NCBI GenBank assembly: GCA_000708835.1
Contig: DF237109.1
Location: 1-64,000, forward strand
DNA: 64,000 nt
Source of the DNA: Klebsormidium nitens
Lineage: Eukaryota > Plantae > Klebsormidiophyceae
Reading direction: 5' to 3'
Position numbers and translations under genes: made by a program. Within the stretch, counting starts at the first letter, position 1, and every line of letters starts with the position of its first letter. The notes beneath the pieces were generated by a model. That model was given only the letters and a program-made list of their open reading frames with translations, searched no databases and was not told where the DNA came from. Below are positions 22,901 through 37,922 of this stretch, one piece after another.

Positions 22901-24253
22901 GCGGGCAGGGCCAATTCGCTGAGGTCGCCATCAAGTTTGAGCCTGCAGAACCCGGTACCGGGTTCGAGTTCAAGAACGAGATCAAGGGAGGAGTGGTGCC
23001 AAAGGAGTACATCCCGGGTGTGATGAAGGGGCTAGAGGATATGATGGGTACCGGTGTGCTGGCCGGGTGAGTGTGCGCGCGCGTCGTTTTGCGGTCAGTT
23101 GGGATTGCGTGGCAGGATGCGTCTGAGACATGGCCGTCGTTGATTGGTTGGCTTGGCAGATGGGTTCCGTAGCATTTCTGGCTGCTTGTGTGTGTGTAGC
23201 GGCCTCGTGATCAATGCAGAACCTCAGTCGACTAGGTTCCCGTAACTGGGTCGGACCACCCAGTTCAAAGCATCAGGGGTCCGGGGTGCTTCAATCAGCC
23301 TGGAAACAAGATCGATGAGGCGGCCATACATGACATAGAATCTGTGATTAGAACCATGGCGTTGAACCTTTATCCGGCGCCGAGCAGCGTACCCATGTTC
23401 CGGATCCCTGAACCTTTCTCGGTTCTCTCTTGGCAGTTTCCCCGTGGTCGACGTGCGCGCGACTCTGTACGACGGTTCATACCACGAAGTCGATTCGTCC
23501 GTGCTCGCGTTCCAGCTGGCAGCCCGGGGGGCGTTCCGGGAGGGTATCGCAAAGGCCGGCCCGCGGCTACTAGAGCCCATCATGAAGGTCGAGGTTGTGA
23601 CGCCCGAGGACCACCTGGGTGACGTCATCGGTGACCTCAACTCGCGGCGTGGCATGGTGTCCGGCTTCGCAGACAAGCCCGGAGGCATGAAGGTGAGTCG
23701 ACACTTTGCAGACTTGAGTTGGATCGCTCAACATGGTTCCGTACGTAGCGGTGCGCATCGTTCTGTTGTTCGGCGCACCCTTCGCTGATGCGGACGCGGC
23801 TCAGTTTGTCGCCCCTGGACGGAAGAGAAAGCTTGCTGCTCGTTCGATTTCTGGTTCGCGCGTACTGCGTCCGATCTTGCCAGATTCCACAATTTGAGTT
23901 TCACCAATGCCCAAAATCGTCATATTACAGGCTCAACCTTTTGCTTATACTTCCTCCTAAGCGGCCATGTGCGCTGCTCGTACCTGATTGTTTATTGAAG
24001 CAGGCTTTGCTTAGCCCACGGTCGATACTCCCACTGACTCTCAGCATCAGAATGCACTTCACAGCTGCCGCCGTCGTGTCTCCAGGTCGTGGATGCGGAG
24101 GTGCCCTTAGCTGAGATGTTCAACTACGTCAGCAACCTGCGGGGCATGTCCAAGGGCCGGGCGCAGTACACCATGCAGCTGGCTAAGTTCGACACCGTGC
24201 CTCAGCATATCCAAAACGACATTGCCTCCAAGGCGGGTGGTGTTACAGTTTAG
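16933..24253 (+). CDS. fusA: Chloroplast elongation factor G (nuclear-encoded, with transit peptide), 10 exons, ~799 aa
   Basis: Exons 16933-17239, 18272-18520, 18867-19053 (GC donor gcaagt), 19665-19902, 20267-20679, 21249-21390, 22087-22269, 22810-23066, 23437-23692, 24086-24253. Total 2400 nt, in frame. Motifs: Ser/Ala-rich transit peptide, [71 protein letters not shown]. Confidence 0.97.
17938..18000. repeat. Perfect 21-bp tandem repeat x3 in EF-G intron 1
   Basis: CCGCATCCTTGCTTGGTCGGA repeated three times with no spacers. Confidence 0.95.
19350..19664 (+). repeat. ~130-bp tandem triplication of the acceptor/start of EF-G exon 4
   Basis: aaccacagcc...ctcag|GAGGGTCGACATGATCGTGGGCAATCCTGGG (19402) and aaccacagcc...ctgag|GACTGTCGAGATTGTGGCCAACCTGGG (19535), versus the true aaccacagcc...ctcag|GACCGTCGACATGATCATCGCCAACCTGGG (19665). 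Confidence 0.93.
21915..22086 (+). repeat. Duplicated acceptor/start of EF-G exon 7
   Basis: ggtcttacc...ggccgcc...tttgcag|ATTGCCATCGAGCCCTAG (21954, in-frame TAG) versus the true ggtcttacc...ggccgcc...tttgcag|ATTGCGATTGAGCCCAAG (22087). Confidence 0.92.
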
Positions 24254-24754
24254 GGTCCGTTTGCAGGGTTGGTTGGGCGCTGCATTTCTTGGCGCTTTAG
24301 AAGAGCTGGCTCTCCGTGTCCCAATTGCATTGGTTGGGGCTTCCGAATTTGAAAACTGCTGTTTTCCAAATTATTGATTGGTCATAGATATCAGGTATAC
24401 TCACTGCGGAGCTTTCGTTTCTGCCCTGCCATTCTGAGTACATCAAATCATGTGTCAGTCAGCGAATGGGAATTCCTCATCTACCAGACAACAACTGACC
24501 TGGCCACTGTTCCGAATTTGCTAGATCAGAGGCTGCCATGTGACATACATGCTGTGGCCATATATCGGGTCGAAAGTCCGAGTGTGTATGAATAAGTGGT
24601 TTAAACTGGCATGAAACGGCATATACCACCTTCTTCTGGCGTGCCTGGCTATTTCATTGCCCATCGAAAGGTAGTGGATTATTTGCATCATGTGAGACAG
24701 CATTTTGGTATCATGCACGTTACATTGGATGCAACAAGGGGTACGTGGGGCCGC

Positions 24755-25180
24755 CTGCATATGGGCACATGCAAGTTTGTGACTTTCATGGGCGGATCAA
24801 GTAGTACGGTCTGGTGCAGAATTACCTTCAAAATTTTGAAATCGAATCTATGTATTGGCTGCAGAGAATATATGCGGGCCCGATCGAGAAGCTCGTCTAT
24901 CATGCATAATTCACATAGCCATGATCGAGTGCGCCCCAATTTTACTTCGTATATGTTGCCTGGCGCAGAACTGGCCCATATGTGAAATTGAGAAAAAATA
25001 GTGAGCCATGGCCGTACGTTGATCGGCCATGCAACCGGCCCCGTGCACCAGAAAATCCATGCCATGCTACAAGGTCATGCCAGGCCACATGGTGGTATTT
25101 AAAGCCTTTTGAATAATATATACTGATGATATGAAAGTTAGTCCATTTCTGGCTTGCATGCATTTGGCCCATGTCTGCAC
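24755..25180. mobile_element. Degenerate fold-back / MITE-like element
   Basis: Imperfect, colinear inverted arms: ctgcatatgggcacatgcaag (24755) vs cttgcatgcatttggcccatgtctgcac (25153); actttcat (24782) vs atgaaagt (25131); tctggtgca (24810) vs tgcaccaga (25044). CATG-rich, intergenic, no credible ORF. Confidence 0.45.
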
Positions 25181-25712
25181 AGAGTTGGGATTTAACTATC
25201 GGAGAGCATTGAGAGGCTTGTTTGGGATGGTCAGTGCACAGGTTGAACGCCCGCGTCACTGGGCATGGCTGCATGCGGGCTGCTCAAGTGGCCCAGCTTG
25301 TCGAGTCTTAAGAGAAAACATTTGGCAGATCGTGCTCGCAGGAATATGATGAGAGACGACATAGGGCAGCAATAGATTTCAGATGCCGTATATCATACAA
25401 GAAAGCCGGCAGTGAGCAGCATCCAGTATTCTCAGGAAAACACATTGCACATCGGTTCGCTGGACATACAATAGCCGCCCCGCTCTGTCCAACATTGAGC
25501 ATGCTGGCTCATGCAAAAACCATGCATAACGGCAACCTTAAACAGATCAATCCCGGGTCCAGACCGTCAACTTCACGGCATCCAGTATTGTCGATTCCGG
25601 AAGATGTAAGTAATTCGGGGGAAAGAGAGGCACGCAAGAATCATGGCTGGTTCTGAATGCTGACTGCCACCAGTTGCAAAGTCCTCCACATCTGGCCTAT
25701 CCTTTGAAGGGC

Positions 25713-27837
<2,125 letters not shown>

Positions 27838-28443
27838 TATCGGAAGGGGCAGTTCAGCCCTGCCTATGGTGCCCTTGGCCCCCGGACTTTGCATACCCTC
27901 CTGTGGAAAGGCAAGTTGTCACCGCCTCAAGCAACACAGGAAGAATCGGATGCGGCGTAAACTCCAGTCTCAGACAGGCCCTTGAGAAGGGGAAAGGGTA
28001 TCTGCATTTTCGCCCCTGCTGTTGAACGCCCAAAGAGATGAACACCCACCATGGCGTCCAAAAAGGTGCGGTCGCCAAGGGTTGATGAGGGGCGTGGGAA
28101 AGAGGGAGAACGAAGGTCGCTTCGTCCGCTTCAACCCTGGTTGCAGTCTAACCTATCGCCTAACCGTCCAAACAGTCTACGTAACGCTTTGGTTTCCGAT
28201 GTGCGTAGAAGTTACAGTCCTCTGCGTGCAAGTTTCGATTGGAATCCAAGCCTTCAATGACCAGTCGATAGCGCGCTCAAGATGATGGTGCACACTCCAT
28301 CTTGAGTCAGAAAGAGAAGCAAGCAGGGGTTTCAGAAGAAGGGAGCAGCAGGCTCATCAGCGACAGAAGGTGGTGGTTGCAAAACATTGGACAAAGCAGT
28401 GAGGTCGTTGTAGAGCCAAGGGGCTGTTTGGGGGCGTCTTCCG

Positions 28444-30149
28444 ATGGCTTCTTCCTTGGCCTTGAGGGCGGGCGCAAGCACATTGTCGCTATCACAGACC
28501 AGCTGCTCAAGCAGGACAGCGCAGAGGCAGAATGTGGCTCCTGTCAGGGCTACACCGCTGATGTCACAGGTGAGACATGGGTTTCGCACAGTAGAGGGGT
28601 TTTCATTGGTAGGCTTGTTCATGTGCAACTTCATGAGTGCAAAGTTGTATGACTGTCAACCCTAGCTCGGGGGTGAAGCGAGTTTTATTTATAGCGGCAA
28701 GTATGATGCCAAGGCTTCTTGGATGCCGGCACAGTGCAACTCCTCAAATGTGCATCGCAGCGGTAAAGGTCCATCACTGGAAGGTGCTACTATATGCATT
28801 GCCCTAAGGCTCGGGCATGACATAATGCTTAGAGATGGTTTGAAAAGACAGCGGAGAATGACACCGTGTTTGCAATGAGAGGGCAGACGCTTCATGGGAC
28901 ACGAGGCCTAAAGCAAACTTACGATGGCATTCTTTGAGAGGACTGTTCCAGTAAGGACTCGTCACAGGACTTTCTGAGCAACGAACGACCCGGGGCAACC
29001 TCACATCCCTCCTTGAGACTACGACTCTCCTAAAGTATTCATGGCCAACATTTCACAACGATTTAGCAGCTTTCTGAGCTGGCATTTGACTGCGCGGTTG
29101 CAATGCTCCTGCAGTTCTCTGGCAGCAGCGTCGCGCCTTCCTTCGGGCAGAGCAGCTTCACAAGGAATGAGGTGATGGCGGATTGCAATGCAAAGAAGAT
29201 GGGGATTGAGAAGGCAGCCATGGGCAGGACTCAGGTTAGCTGCTTTCCTGCACCCGCTCTAGTCTTAGTTGCCGTGTGACAGTCACTGTCAGGAGCGGCT
29301 TCGCATGATCCTCAATCTAGTTCACCCTAGGGTGTCTGATATTCCCCTCCTGCTTCAATCTTTAAAGGACCGGCGTCCATAAGCTGATACCACTGTAAAG
29401 GTGCGGCGGTTGCAGCTGGAACATAACGGGTGTTTCTTGACTTTCTTGTTTTGTGATGCCAGAACTTGTACTCGTTTTCGCTGCTGCAAACTGCAGTCGG
29501 CACACCCTTCAGCCTCGTAGAAGTGCGAACCTGAATTAGTATGTTACAAGCTTGGCTCACTTTTTTCCTTAGCAAAGAAATGGAAACCTTCTAAGACTGC
29601 TACTCCTTCTGAGAGCAACGGATTGAATTCTGGAATGGGGAAGGGGACGCCCTACGAGGACCAGTTACCAGGAACGCTGTTGGAACAGTTTTTTGGTTCC
29701 AAGTAAAACCGGTGTACTGACATGAGCGGAGTTGCAACTTCGCATGTCACTGACTTCTGGTGGCACTCTTCCGGCAGATGATGATCCAGGTCCAGAGCTA
29801 CGTGACTGTTGCAGACAACAGCGGGGCGAAGCAGCTTATGTGCATCCGGGTGCTCGGGGGCTCCAACCAACGGTATGCCGGGATTGGGGACGTAATCGTC
29901 GCCGTCGTTAAGGATGCGATGCCGAACATGGCATTGAAAAAGTCGGAAGTCGTTCGCGCCGTGATCGTCCGGACGCGCCACGGAGTTCGGAGAGAGAGCG
30001 GAATGAGGATCCGGTTCGACGATAACGCGGCCGTGATCATCAATGCTGAGGGGAACCCGAGGGGCACCCGCGTTTTCGGGCCTGTCGCTCGGGAGCTTAG
30101 AGAAAAGAACTACCTAAAGATTGTTTCTCTGGCTCCGGAGGTGCTCTGA
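28444..30149 (+). CDS. rpl14: Nuclear-encoded plastid 50S ribosomal protein L14 (uL14c) with two-exon transit peptide, ~205 aa
   Basis: Exons 28444-28569 ([24 protein letters not shown]...), 29115-29234 ([14 protein letters not shown]...) and 29778-30149, all joined in phase 0. The last exon encodes a complete cyanobacterial/plastid-type L14: [17 protein letters not shown]...[10 protein letters not shown]...[13 protein letters not shown]...[10 protein letters not shown]. Confidence 0.93.
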
Positions 30150-31752
30150 GCGGGCAGAGCCAGACGGACGAACGTTTTGGTAAGGTATGGTACCATGGGA
30201 AATCTTTCGTGCTCGTGGGGGGCTCTGCTATTGACGCATGTTCAGACAGTGCCTTCAAAAGGTATACAGTCGAGCTGGGATTATAGATTTGGGTTGGGGC
30301 CATCCAACAATGTGCACTAACACTGCGGCTGAAGGAGGATTACAAAGACTCTTGGTTGTTGGGACAAGAAATCGCTCGATGCGGATTTTATGATCTGATA
30401 CGGTGAGCCTGGCTGACGGCAATGTACACTTTGAGCAGCGTTGGCTATCGTTCTGGCCTGCTTCGTGAAGCATACTATCTTCTGTGTATCTGTCAATCAA
30501 TCGTCGCAGTGACGCAATATAGGCGGCTAGGCCTCATTTTCACAAACCCCGAAATCAAACACTGGCATGTTATTTTACCGGGTCATTCATCTTGGTGACT
30601 CAGAGTGAATCACAGTTTCACTAGGCCGGTGACATGTTGTGCACACGGTGAAGCAGGCTGCAGCCGGTTGGCAATGATTCTGTTGGAAAATGAAGTCACG
30701 CTCACAAATTTAGCACATTGCACAGCCCGGCCTACGCATTGATTCCATATTTGGATCATTAGCCACAGCCGCCTCAATTTGAGATGGCGTTTGGATCCAC
30801 ATGCACTTCAATGGCGGACTCATCATGGCGGCTATAGAAGGAGCGATCTGCCTGCAGACTCGTGTCACTCATGTGCACACATTCGACGCGAGCGAAGCGC
30901 ATGATTTCGAATGCGCACTAATCATTCCACATGGTGCGGCAGCGGGCCCAGCTATAGCTAGCCTAGCGCGCCGCCTTGCTGTCCCTGAATAGGTGAACAG
31001 CGCACTGTCAAGTTCAAGTTCAAAAACAAACGAGTCTATACACTTTACGAGATTCAAACTGGTCTGAACGTGAAGGCGCAAGGTACGTTCCTAGGTAGAA
31101 GTATAAATGAATGACTGACACGATTCCTGTTAACCTAGTCACATCGCATCTTCGCAGCAACTTGCCATTGCTGGCCAGACATGATCTCTTCGATCATGTG
31201 AAGTCTGGTAACGTGGACAGAATAACCGCAAACATACACTGACACTGGCATGCTTAGCTAAGCCAACCGAGCCCACACATCTTAAGTCGTCACTTTCACG
31301 GAATGCCAATCTAGCCCCCCCCCCCTTACGATAATTTTTCCAGCGAACATGTCGAGAAGTTCCCGCTGCCCAATCCAACAATCAGAATTCCATGGGCTGG
31401 AAAGTCTCCAGTGCCCACAACCCAAGCTCGACTAGATGCTGGCAACCCAGGTACAAAAGCTGGCGGTGGGACTGCGCATCAATCCGGCCGCCCTATTCCG
31501 TTCTGCAGGTCCTAATCAGATATGATTTTCCTAGAAAGACTTCTTCCGAACGGGCAGAGGCAAGGCAAAGTTACAAGGCAAAATTACACCACTGCACTTC
31601 ATCGCTCTCGGCCACCGCTCAAGGTTTCAAGCAACCCGCAAGTTACACAAATTGCTCCCCAACCGCCATGAGCCAAACAGCGACTGGCAACCTCGTGTTA
31701 CTATTTGCACATGACATCGTTAACCTTGCCCCCTACCACCCTAAAGCGTTGA

Positions 31753-34700
31753 TTACTCTATCACTGAATAGCCGTAGATTGCCGCGCTTCGGCTCCGGTC
31801 GTCCGCGGGCGCATCGGCCCGAGCATTGACAACTCGCCTTGACGACAGCCCCCCAACCACCGCGCTACCTGGCAACGCAGACCCTCCCTTCCCGACGTTC
31901 GGAGCCCCGTTTGGCTGACTACCGGGTTGCACCTGCGGGGAGGCCTTATTGGAGCCGTTTTGCTCGGATGTCAGGTTTGTCGGTGGAGGACCGACTGTTC
32001 TCTGCTGTGACTCCTGGCTGGTGAGTATTTCACTAGGGGGCCGGAAGCGATGGTTGGGAGGGAATCTTTCCACCACTTTGCTTGGCGTCTGCCCCCGCGA
32101 GTCGCTCGGCACTCGGAACCGTTGCCCGGGGGACGGGGCTCGCGGCTGGTGTGAATACGGGTCGTGACCGGGAGCTCCGTGGAAGCCCCCCGGGGGTGGC
32201 TGCTGAGCATGAGATGGCGACTGCTGAGCTTGAGATTGCTGCGGTGCATCCTGCGACTGGACCCCGAGATTAGGAGAGGGCTGCGAGGGACCCGGGTACG
32301 GAGGCGGCGCCGTTTGAGGGGCAGGATAAGGTCCGGACGGCGTATGGTGTAGATACAAGGGGTGTGCCGGGTACTGTGGATACTGTTGAGGGTAGTGCTG
32401 TTGTTGGGGAGGGGGCCCTAGGGGGGGGTGGCCGGAGTAGGGAGGCGGAAAGTGGGGGGCCGGGTAAGGGGGGAAGTGGGCAGAAGCGGGGGGGTTTTGC
32501 AGCAGGGGGGGGCGAGGTTGGATAGGGTTAGTGGAAGGGGGGTTCTGAGAAGCTTCTGAGCTCGACGGCTCCCCGGTACTTTGTTGCGGGGGAGGTCCGG
32601 GTTCGGATCTCGGGGGGGGAAGCTCAGCCGGCAAAAGGTGTGCCGGGAAGAGGGGCTGAGAACTCGGACCAGGAGCGCCGCCTAGCGCGGCCAGCATGGT
32701 CATCACGTGGTTCTGCTGCGGGAGGGGGCCGGAAAATGGGGCGACGTTACCCCCCTGCTGGGGGGGCCCGTTCCTGGCCGCATGACCCCCCTCCCACATC
32801 CCAGGGGGGCGGTAAGGCCCCGGAGCTTGATAACCCCCACTCGTCGATGCAAGCCCCCCCGTACCCCTCTGGGCGGGTAGAGTAACATGTTCCATGAGTC
32901 CCGCGCGCCCCCCCAGGATGAAATCGCCGTTGACCATGGGGATCTGGCCGTTGAACAGCGCGATGTTGATCTCCTCGATCTTGGCGACAGGCGGTGGGTG
33001 GCGCAAGATGTGCGCCGCCGCACGAAACGCGCCGCAGATGCGAGCGAAGGCGAGCCGGCCGGGCTGGACCGATCGCGCGCAGTTCTCGGACAGGTCGAAC
33101 GGGTCCTCTACCTGTGGGTAACGGGAGGACAACGCTAGGTATGCTAACGGCGGCAACAGAGATAAAGGGTGGTCTCCTCGAAGTGTCCATCAAAACGAAT
33201 ACATAGTGCGTCTCCATTACAGCAAGCTGACTCGAGTACGATTGGAAACCACCGCAACTGATAAAGGTTCGCGAATGGTTGGCTGGAATCGTTGGTGGAC
33301 CCAAACAGCAGCGATACAGACGGCCCAAAAGGCTTGCGAAAATATCAAAACAAAAGACAACTTCCCTGCCCAAATACAATACCTCATGAACGCCATGTGT
33401 CTGCACGACCTAGACACATCAGACACACACAAACACGGGAGAAGTGACACGTCTTGCGAACAACTCGCGTTAACGCTCTGCCACTTGATCAGTTCCAGAC
33501 GCCACAACGCAGTGACTTCGAATCTGCAAGAAAGGCAGGATTAGATCTTTGTGAGAAATCGAAACCCTCACCCTCATGGTGTACTGCTTGCCGTACCAGG
33601 CGGTGTGCACCTCCCGGGCTTCCTTCCAGGAGCCCCTCCACGGGCTGACGGTCAGGCCGTGCGGCCAGAGCGACTCTACGGAGGCGTACTGCAAGAATAA
33701 GGTAAAACAAAGCCCGTCGGTCCGAGTTTCTGGCGTTCTCTGCACACGACTTTGCGCTTGAGACGGTAAACTTTCGATGCCAACATTGAAGAGAGACAAA
33801 AGCAACTATCCATGGCATGATACGGTGTCAACACCGCGCTAGACATGAAGTGAACGTAGGAGGGGACCAAGAGAGGGGGTTCAGCACAGAAAGGCTGAGC
33901 TTCGGTTTCAATGATGTGATCCTCATTGCAGAATAGATAAAGACGAGAAGGGCCTTCTCAAAAACAATCTGAGCGAGCGCAAGCCGCCTCTGCAATCGCA
34001 GTATTGGAATCGGGATGTGCATTGAAAGACGTGCTATTGTTAGCCTCGTTCTAAAGGGCTCGTGATCTCAAAACTGTACTTTTTCATGACTACGAGACGG
34101 AAATATCGATTCGGACGCCTCCAAAATAGGACTCTGCATTACTCTCTATCTATTGACGATCGAAACGTTCTTTCTTGCAAGGCTCCACACGAGGCTTCCA
34201 TCTAAATTGTCCTCGAGAACGCACTTGCATTACATGAACCACGGCCGGTGTTACCTCAACTCACTTAGCGAACCGATCCTCAAACGCCTCACCTGGGTGA
34301 AGAACGACGCCAAGAGCTCGCCTAGCGTGCTCTTGTTCGTGGCCTGCCGTTGCCTCTCCGCCTTCACTTTCATGACCCATTCCCGACATTTGTTCAGCTG
34401 CTCTTCTGTAACTCGGATCTCGCTGACGTCGACATCTGCAACCGAAGTGACAGAGGACTGATGTCATGCTGCGGGTCCCAACGGCGCGGTTTATAATGCA
34501 AAGGACCTACTCGACTCAAACAAGTCGCTGATCTTTTCGTTTGGACAACCGACGTCGACAAGAAAAGCTTGGGTTACGAAATGACTTCCTCGCCAGGTCA
34601 TGATGAAAAGCTCTGCACGAGCAAGCGGAGAAAGGATGGCGAGGGACCCATTTTCGTCCGTCTGCAGGTCTCCCTTCCACTTTCTTGTGTGCGCTGCAAC

Positions 34701-37700
34701 TGACCAAGGCTGTCAAGCCCGTACGATGGTGCATCAAAAGCTCCATTCTGATCTAGTCAAACAAAATATCCAGTCGAACGTCCAACCGAGAGCCCAAGCG
34801 GGGAAGCAGATATTCAGCTTTTCTGTGCAAAAACCATCGGCCGCACCTTTTCTAAGATCGTGGTATTCCTTCCCAAGGATGGCGTCAAACGGGGGTAGGA
34901 TAGGAGGCGAACGCGTCTGCAAAGCATCGAGGAGGGTCTTAGGGTGTGTCCCGGCGCCTAGTGGCGAGATTCTTTACTTGTGCTATAAAATGCAAAAAAA
35001 AGTACGGAGTTTCAAAGGTTTACTGGCTTGAGGCTCAAGCCTCACGCAGCAAGGTCGGACTTTGCTTTTGGAGGAATGGAAGATGACCCCCTCGTATCAC
35101 GGGTCCCACTCGCAAGACGATCAGGATGCAAAGCTGCTCGAGGACTCTAATTTGGAAATAACTTATGTCGGTTCCATTCTGAAGATGCACGAACTGCTTA
35201 ACGCAATCATGTTGAGACGTATATCAATCGTTGTCGAACAAACCTGCCCCTTCCGATAAGTCGAAAGACACCAATACTCGGTCTCATAGGCTCTGATTCA
35301 CTCAGACCGAAAATTGCAATCACTCAGACCGAAAATTGCAAATACCCGTTGCTTCTACAGATACCTCGCCCTCTGCCTAGCACTTACAATGTAGCGAACT
35401 CGAGGAGAACCAATTCAAATCTGGAATGGCGTGTTGCTTGTCCTACCTGAAGGTGAAACACCACCATTAGTGAGATGGCGTACGAGTTCATGGTCCCGCT
35501 CCGCGAATCGTTGATTCCCTGTGCGCGCGCCCAAGCCTTGACCTGCAAGAAATTAATTTAATGGTTTTCAATGAAGCAAGGAACTAGCCAGCGCAGTCCA
35601 TGTAAAGCAGAGTCCACACCCATATACACCAGGAATTGCAATGAAATGTTCGTCAAATAAATGAAGCGGCAACGTTGCTTCTATGAGAGCTCTGCGGTCC
35701 CTTCAACTCAGCGTCGCGCTTTTACACCACATTAGTGACCATGAAACTCGCTTTTGAGGAGGCATGCAAGACTCCATCCTTCTGTCCTGCCTCTCCTAAA
35801 AAGCTTTGGAAGCTGCTCAAGTCACGATTGCTGTCTGATGTAAACTTGGCCAGGTTACATCCGTCAAGCTCAGGGGAGGTCACTTACGAAAGTAGTTTTA
35901 GAGGGACCTCCGAGATTCTACCAGTTTGTGTTAGCTCCGCTGAGCTCAACCATGTTGGTTGATCGAGCATTAAAACCCCATTGCCACTGGTCGAAGCAAA
36001 CAATACCAGTAAAGATAGTCCACTCTTACCAAATAGACGAGGGGCCGACACCGGTCGTCCAGTTCAAGGACCCAGCGCAGGACCCGGGATTTGAACAAGG
36101 CGCCGTCGTTGTTGATGCTCATGTCGCAATGGACACGTGTCAGCACGTCGATGAAGTTCAGGACAGGGACGCGCGCCCCAGCCACCAGCTCCATGTGGCT
36201 GAAAGCTGCATTGAATAGACTACACTTGAGTACTTTGTATTTGACGAATCGAAGACCGACTTGATCAAGTTTCGCGAACTCTTTTGCGAGAAGGAAAGCG
36301 AGAAAAGGATGCAAGGAGACAGAGCCGCACAAAGATACGTTCCAGGCCGCAGAGCCGCATGTTCTTTGGTTTGATCAACAGTGTGCTGACTCCGACAAAC
36401 AGCGGTCTTGTCCGCACCATTTGAGCGTTCAAAAATCGTCAATAAGATGGCTGACCTCTTGAGAGCGCTCGCCTCATGATGCGCAAGATCCTGACCCGCT
36501 GCGTCTTTGACACGGGGCCTCTACGCAATTCCACTTGCTCCCTGTCAAATCGCACATACCCCACCTCAGGCAACACGAGCGAGAGGTCCAGATCGCCAGA
36601 CGGCGTGTAGACGTTTGTTTCGAAGCTGCCAAAGATGACAACCTGGGAACCTGCGCAAGAGAGCACTTCGTTTTTGCTAGGATTGTAGATTTTCACATCA
36701 ATGATGAGAATCAAAACAGCAGACTGGAACATTATTGCCGTTCTGACGACAGTTTGAATACTAACATACACAGATTAAACAAGTTTATCAATAATGTCAT
36801 GCGGAGAATAGTAAGCCCGCAAGTGCCAAGCAGTGTCATTCCCACACTCACAAGAGACACTATCTCATGCAAATGGACGACTGGTTGTGAAGTCTTGGGT
36901 GTGTAACTCTGGGGACAAACTTGTGCCCCTTGCTTGGTCCTGGCACTCGCTCAGACGCAAAGGCAAAAAGTGTAAGACTTGAGAACATGATGGCATTGTG
37001 ATCACCATACCTGGTGCAATTGGCTGGATGATGTTGTTCAAACGCTCCAGCAGATGCAGCCTGTTGCTGTGATCGGCCGGGCTTGGCTGGAGGCGCTGGA
37101 ACGTCCTCTCAAGCATAGCATTGAATGCCTTGGTTAGCTTGCCCTTCAACTCGTGAGCAGCCCAAAGGGTCACTGTGCGGCGGTGGATCTCAAGCGCCTT
37201 TGGGACGACATCCATTAGAACCATCCTCGGGCCAGGAGAACCTGTGGGAAATAGTCTCCCATAAATTGAAAATCTCAAGAGAACAGTTTGAAACGCTGAC
37301 TGGCATGCCAAGGGCTGGACTCTCAACACAAGCTGCTGTGTTGCCAAGGTTGTCAGCATCAAACAATTCGGGACTCATTCAAGGAGTGCACATTAGCTTC
37401 CCCTGTGCCCCATTTTGGTGCAGCCAACAACTGTGCACGCTGCACATACTCAAACCACTGCTGCATGAATGCAGCATTTGCACGTCGAGTGAAAGACAAA
37501 GAATCATGTTCACAGGACATCAGGGGTTCACTTAGACTTGTAATCACAGTCCGAGTGGAGCTCTCCGACCAGAACAGGACACGTTTTTGCGGAAGCAGCA
37601 AACATGAAGAATTGTGTTACCTTCAAATGCAATCTTTTATAAGTCATTTCTAAATGCAGTGGGTATAACGAACTTTTCAAGAAAGAATGTGTTTTGATGC

Positions 37701-37922
37701 CAGGATGGGCAATAGCCCTGGCGGACTGAGCGTACCCCTTCCGCGAAAGGCAGCCCCCTCAGCCGGCTTTTTCCCGCCCGCTCCCCCTGATTGATTGCCG
37801 CCAGCTTGAGCACCGCCAGCTCCAGCGCCGCTGCCTGCTTGCGGAATGCTCTTCCCTTTGCTTCCCTCTGAAGGTCCATTTGCAGCTGGTGGGGCGGGGC
37901 TCGGAGCCACAGCAACCTCCAT
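31753..37922 (-). CDS. HESO1: HESO1-like terminal uridylyltransferase (Pol-beta NTase + PAP-associated domain, Pro/Gln-rich C-terminal tail), ~857 aa
   Basis: Exons 37736-37922, 37011-37241, 36456-36650, 36030-36205, 35447-35542, 34847-34916, 34293-34435, 33572-33688, 31753-33111. Total 2574 nt, in frame. Motifs: FGSFETNVYTPSGDLDLSL, ARVPVLNF..CDMSINN, VKAWARAQGIND...GTMNSYAISLMVVFHLQ, NKSTLGELLASFF, VEDPFDLSENCARSV. The short N-terminus and long C-tail favour HESO1 over URT1. Confidence 0.8.
35298..35341. repeat. Perfect 22-bp tandem duplication
   Basis: TCACTCAGACCGAAAATTGCAA x2 in a HESO1 intron. Confidence 0.9.

Noticed and set aside
23740-23800. GGTGCGC...GCGCACC hairpin in the last EF-G intron as a snoRNA or tRNA
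   Set aside because: There are no paired C/D or H/ACA boxes and no cloverleaf or T-loop consensus.
28051-28260. Plus-strand ORF MASKKVRSPR... between RPS15 and rpl14
   Set aside because: It falls in the short divergent promoter/5' UTR region and no downstream in-frame exon was found. At most a uORF.
37637-37915. Alternative HESO1 N-terminus MDLQREAKG... (ATG 37879)
   Set aside because: It ends in phase 0 at the donor, whereas exon 2 (cag|GTTCT at 37241) needs phase 1. The ATG at 37922 fits.
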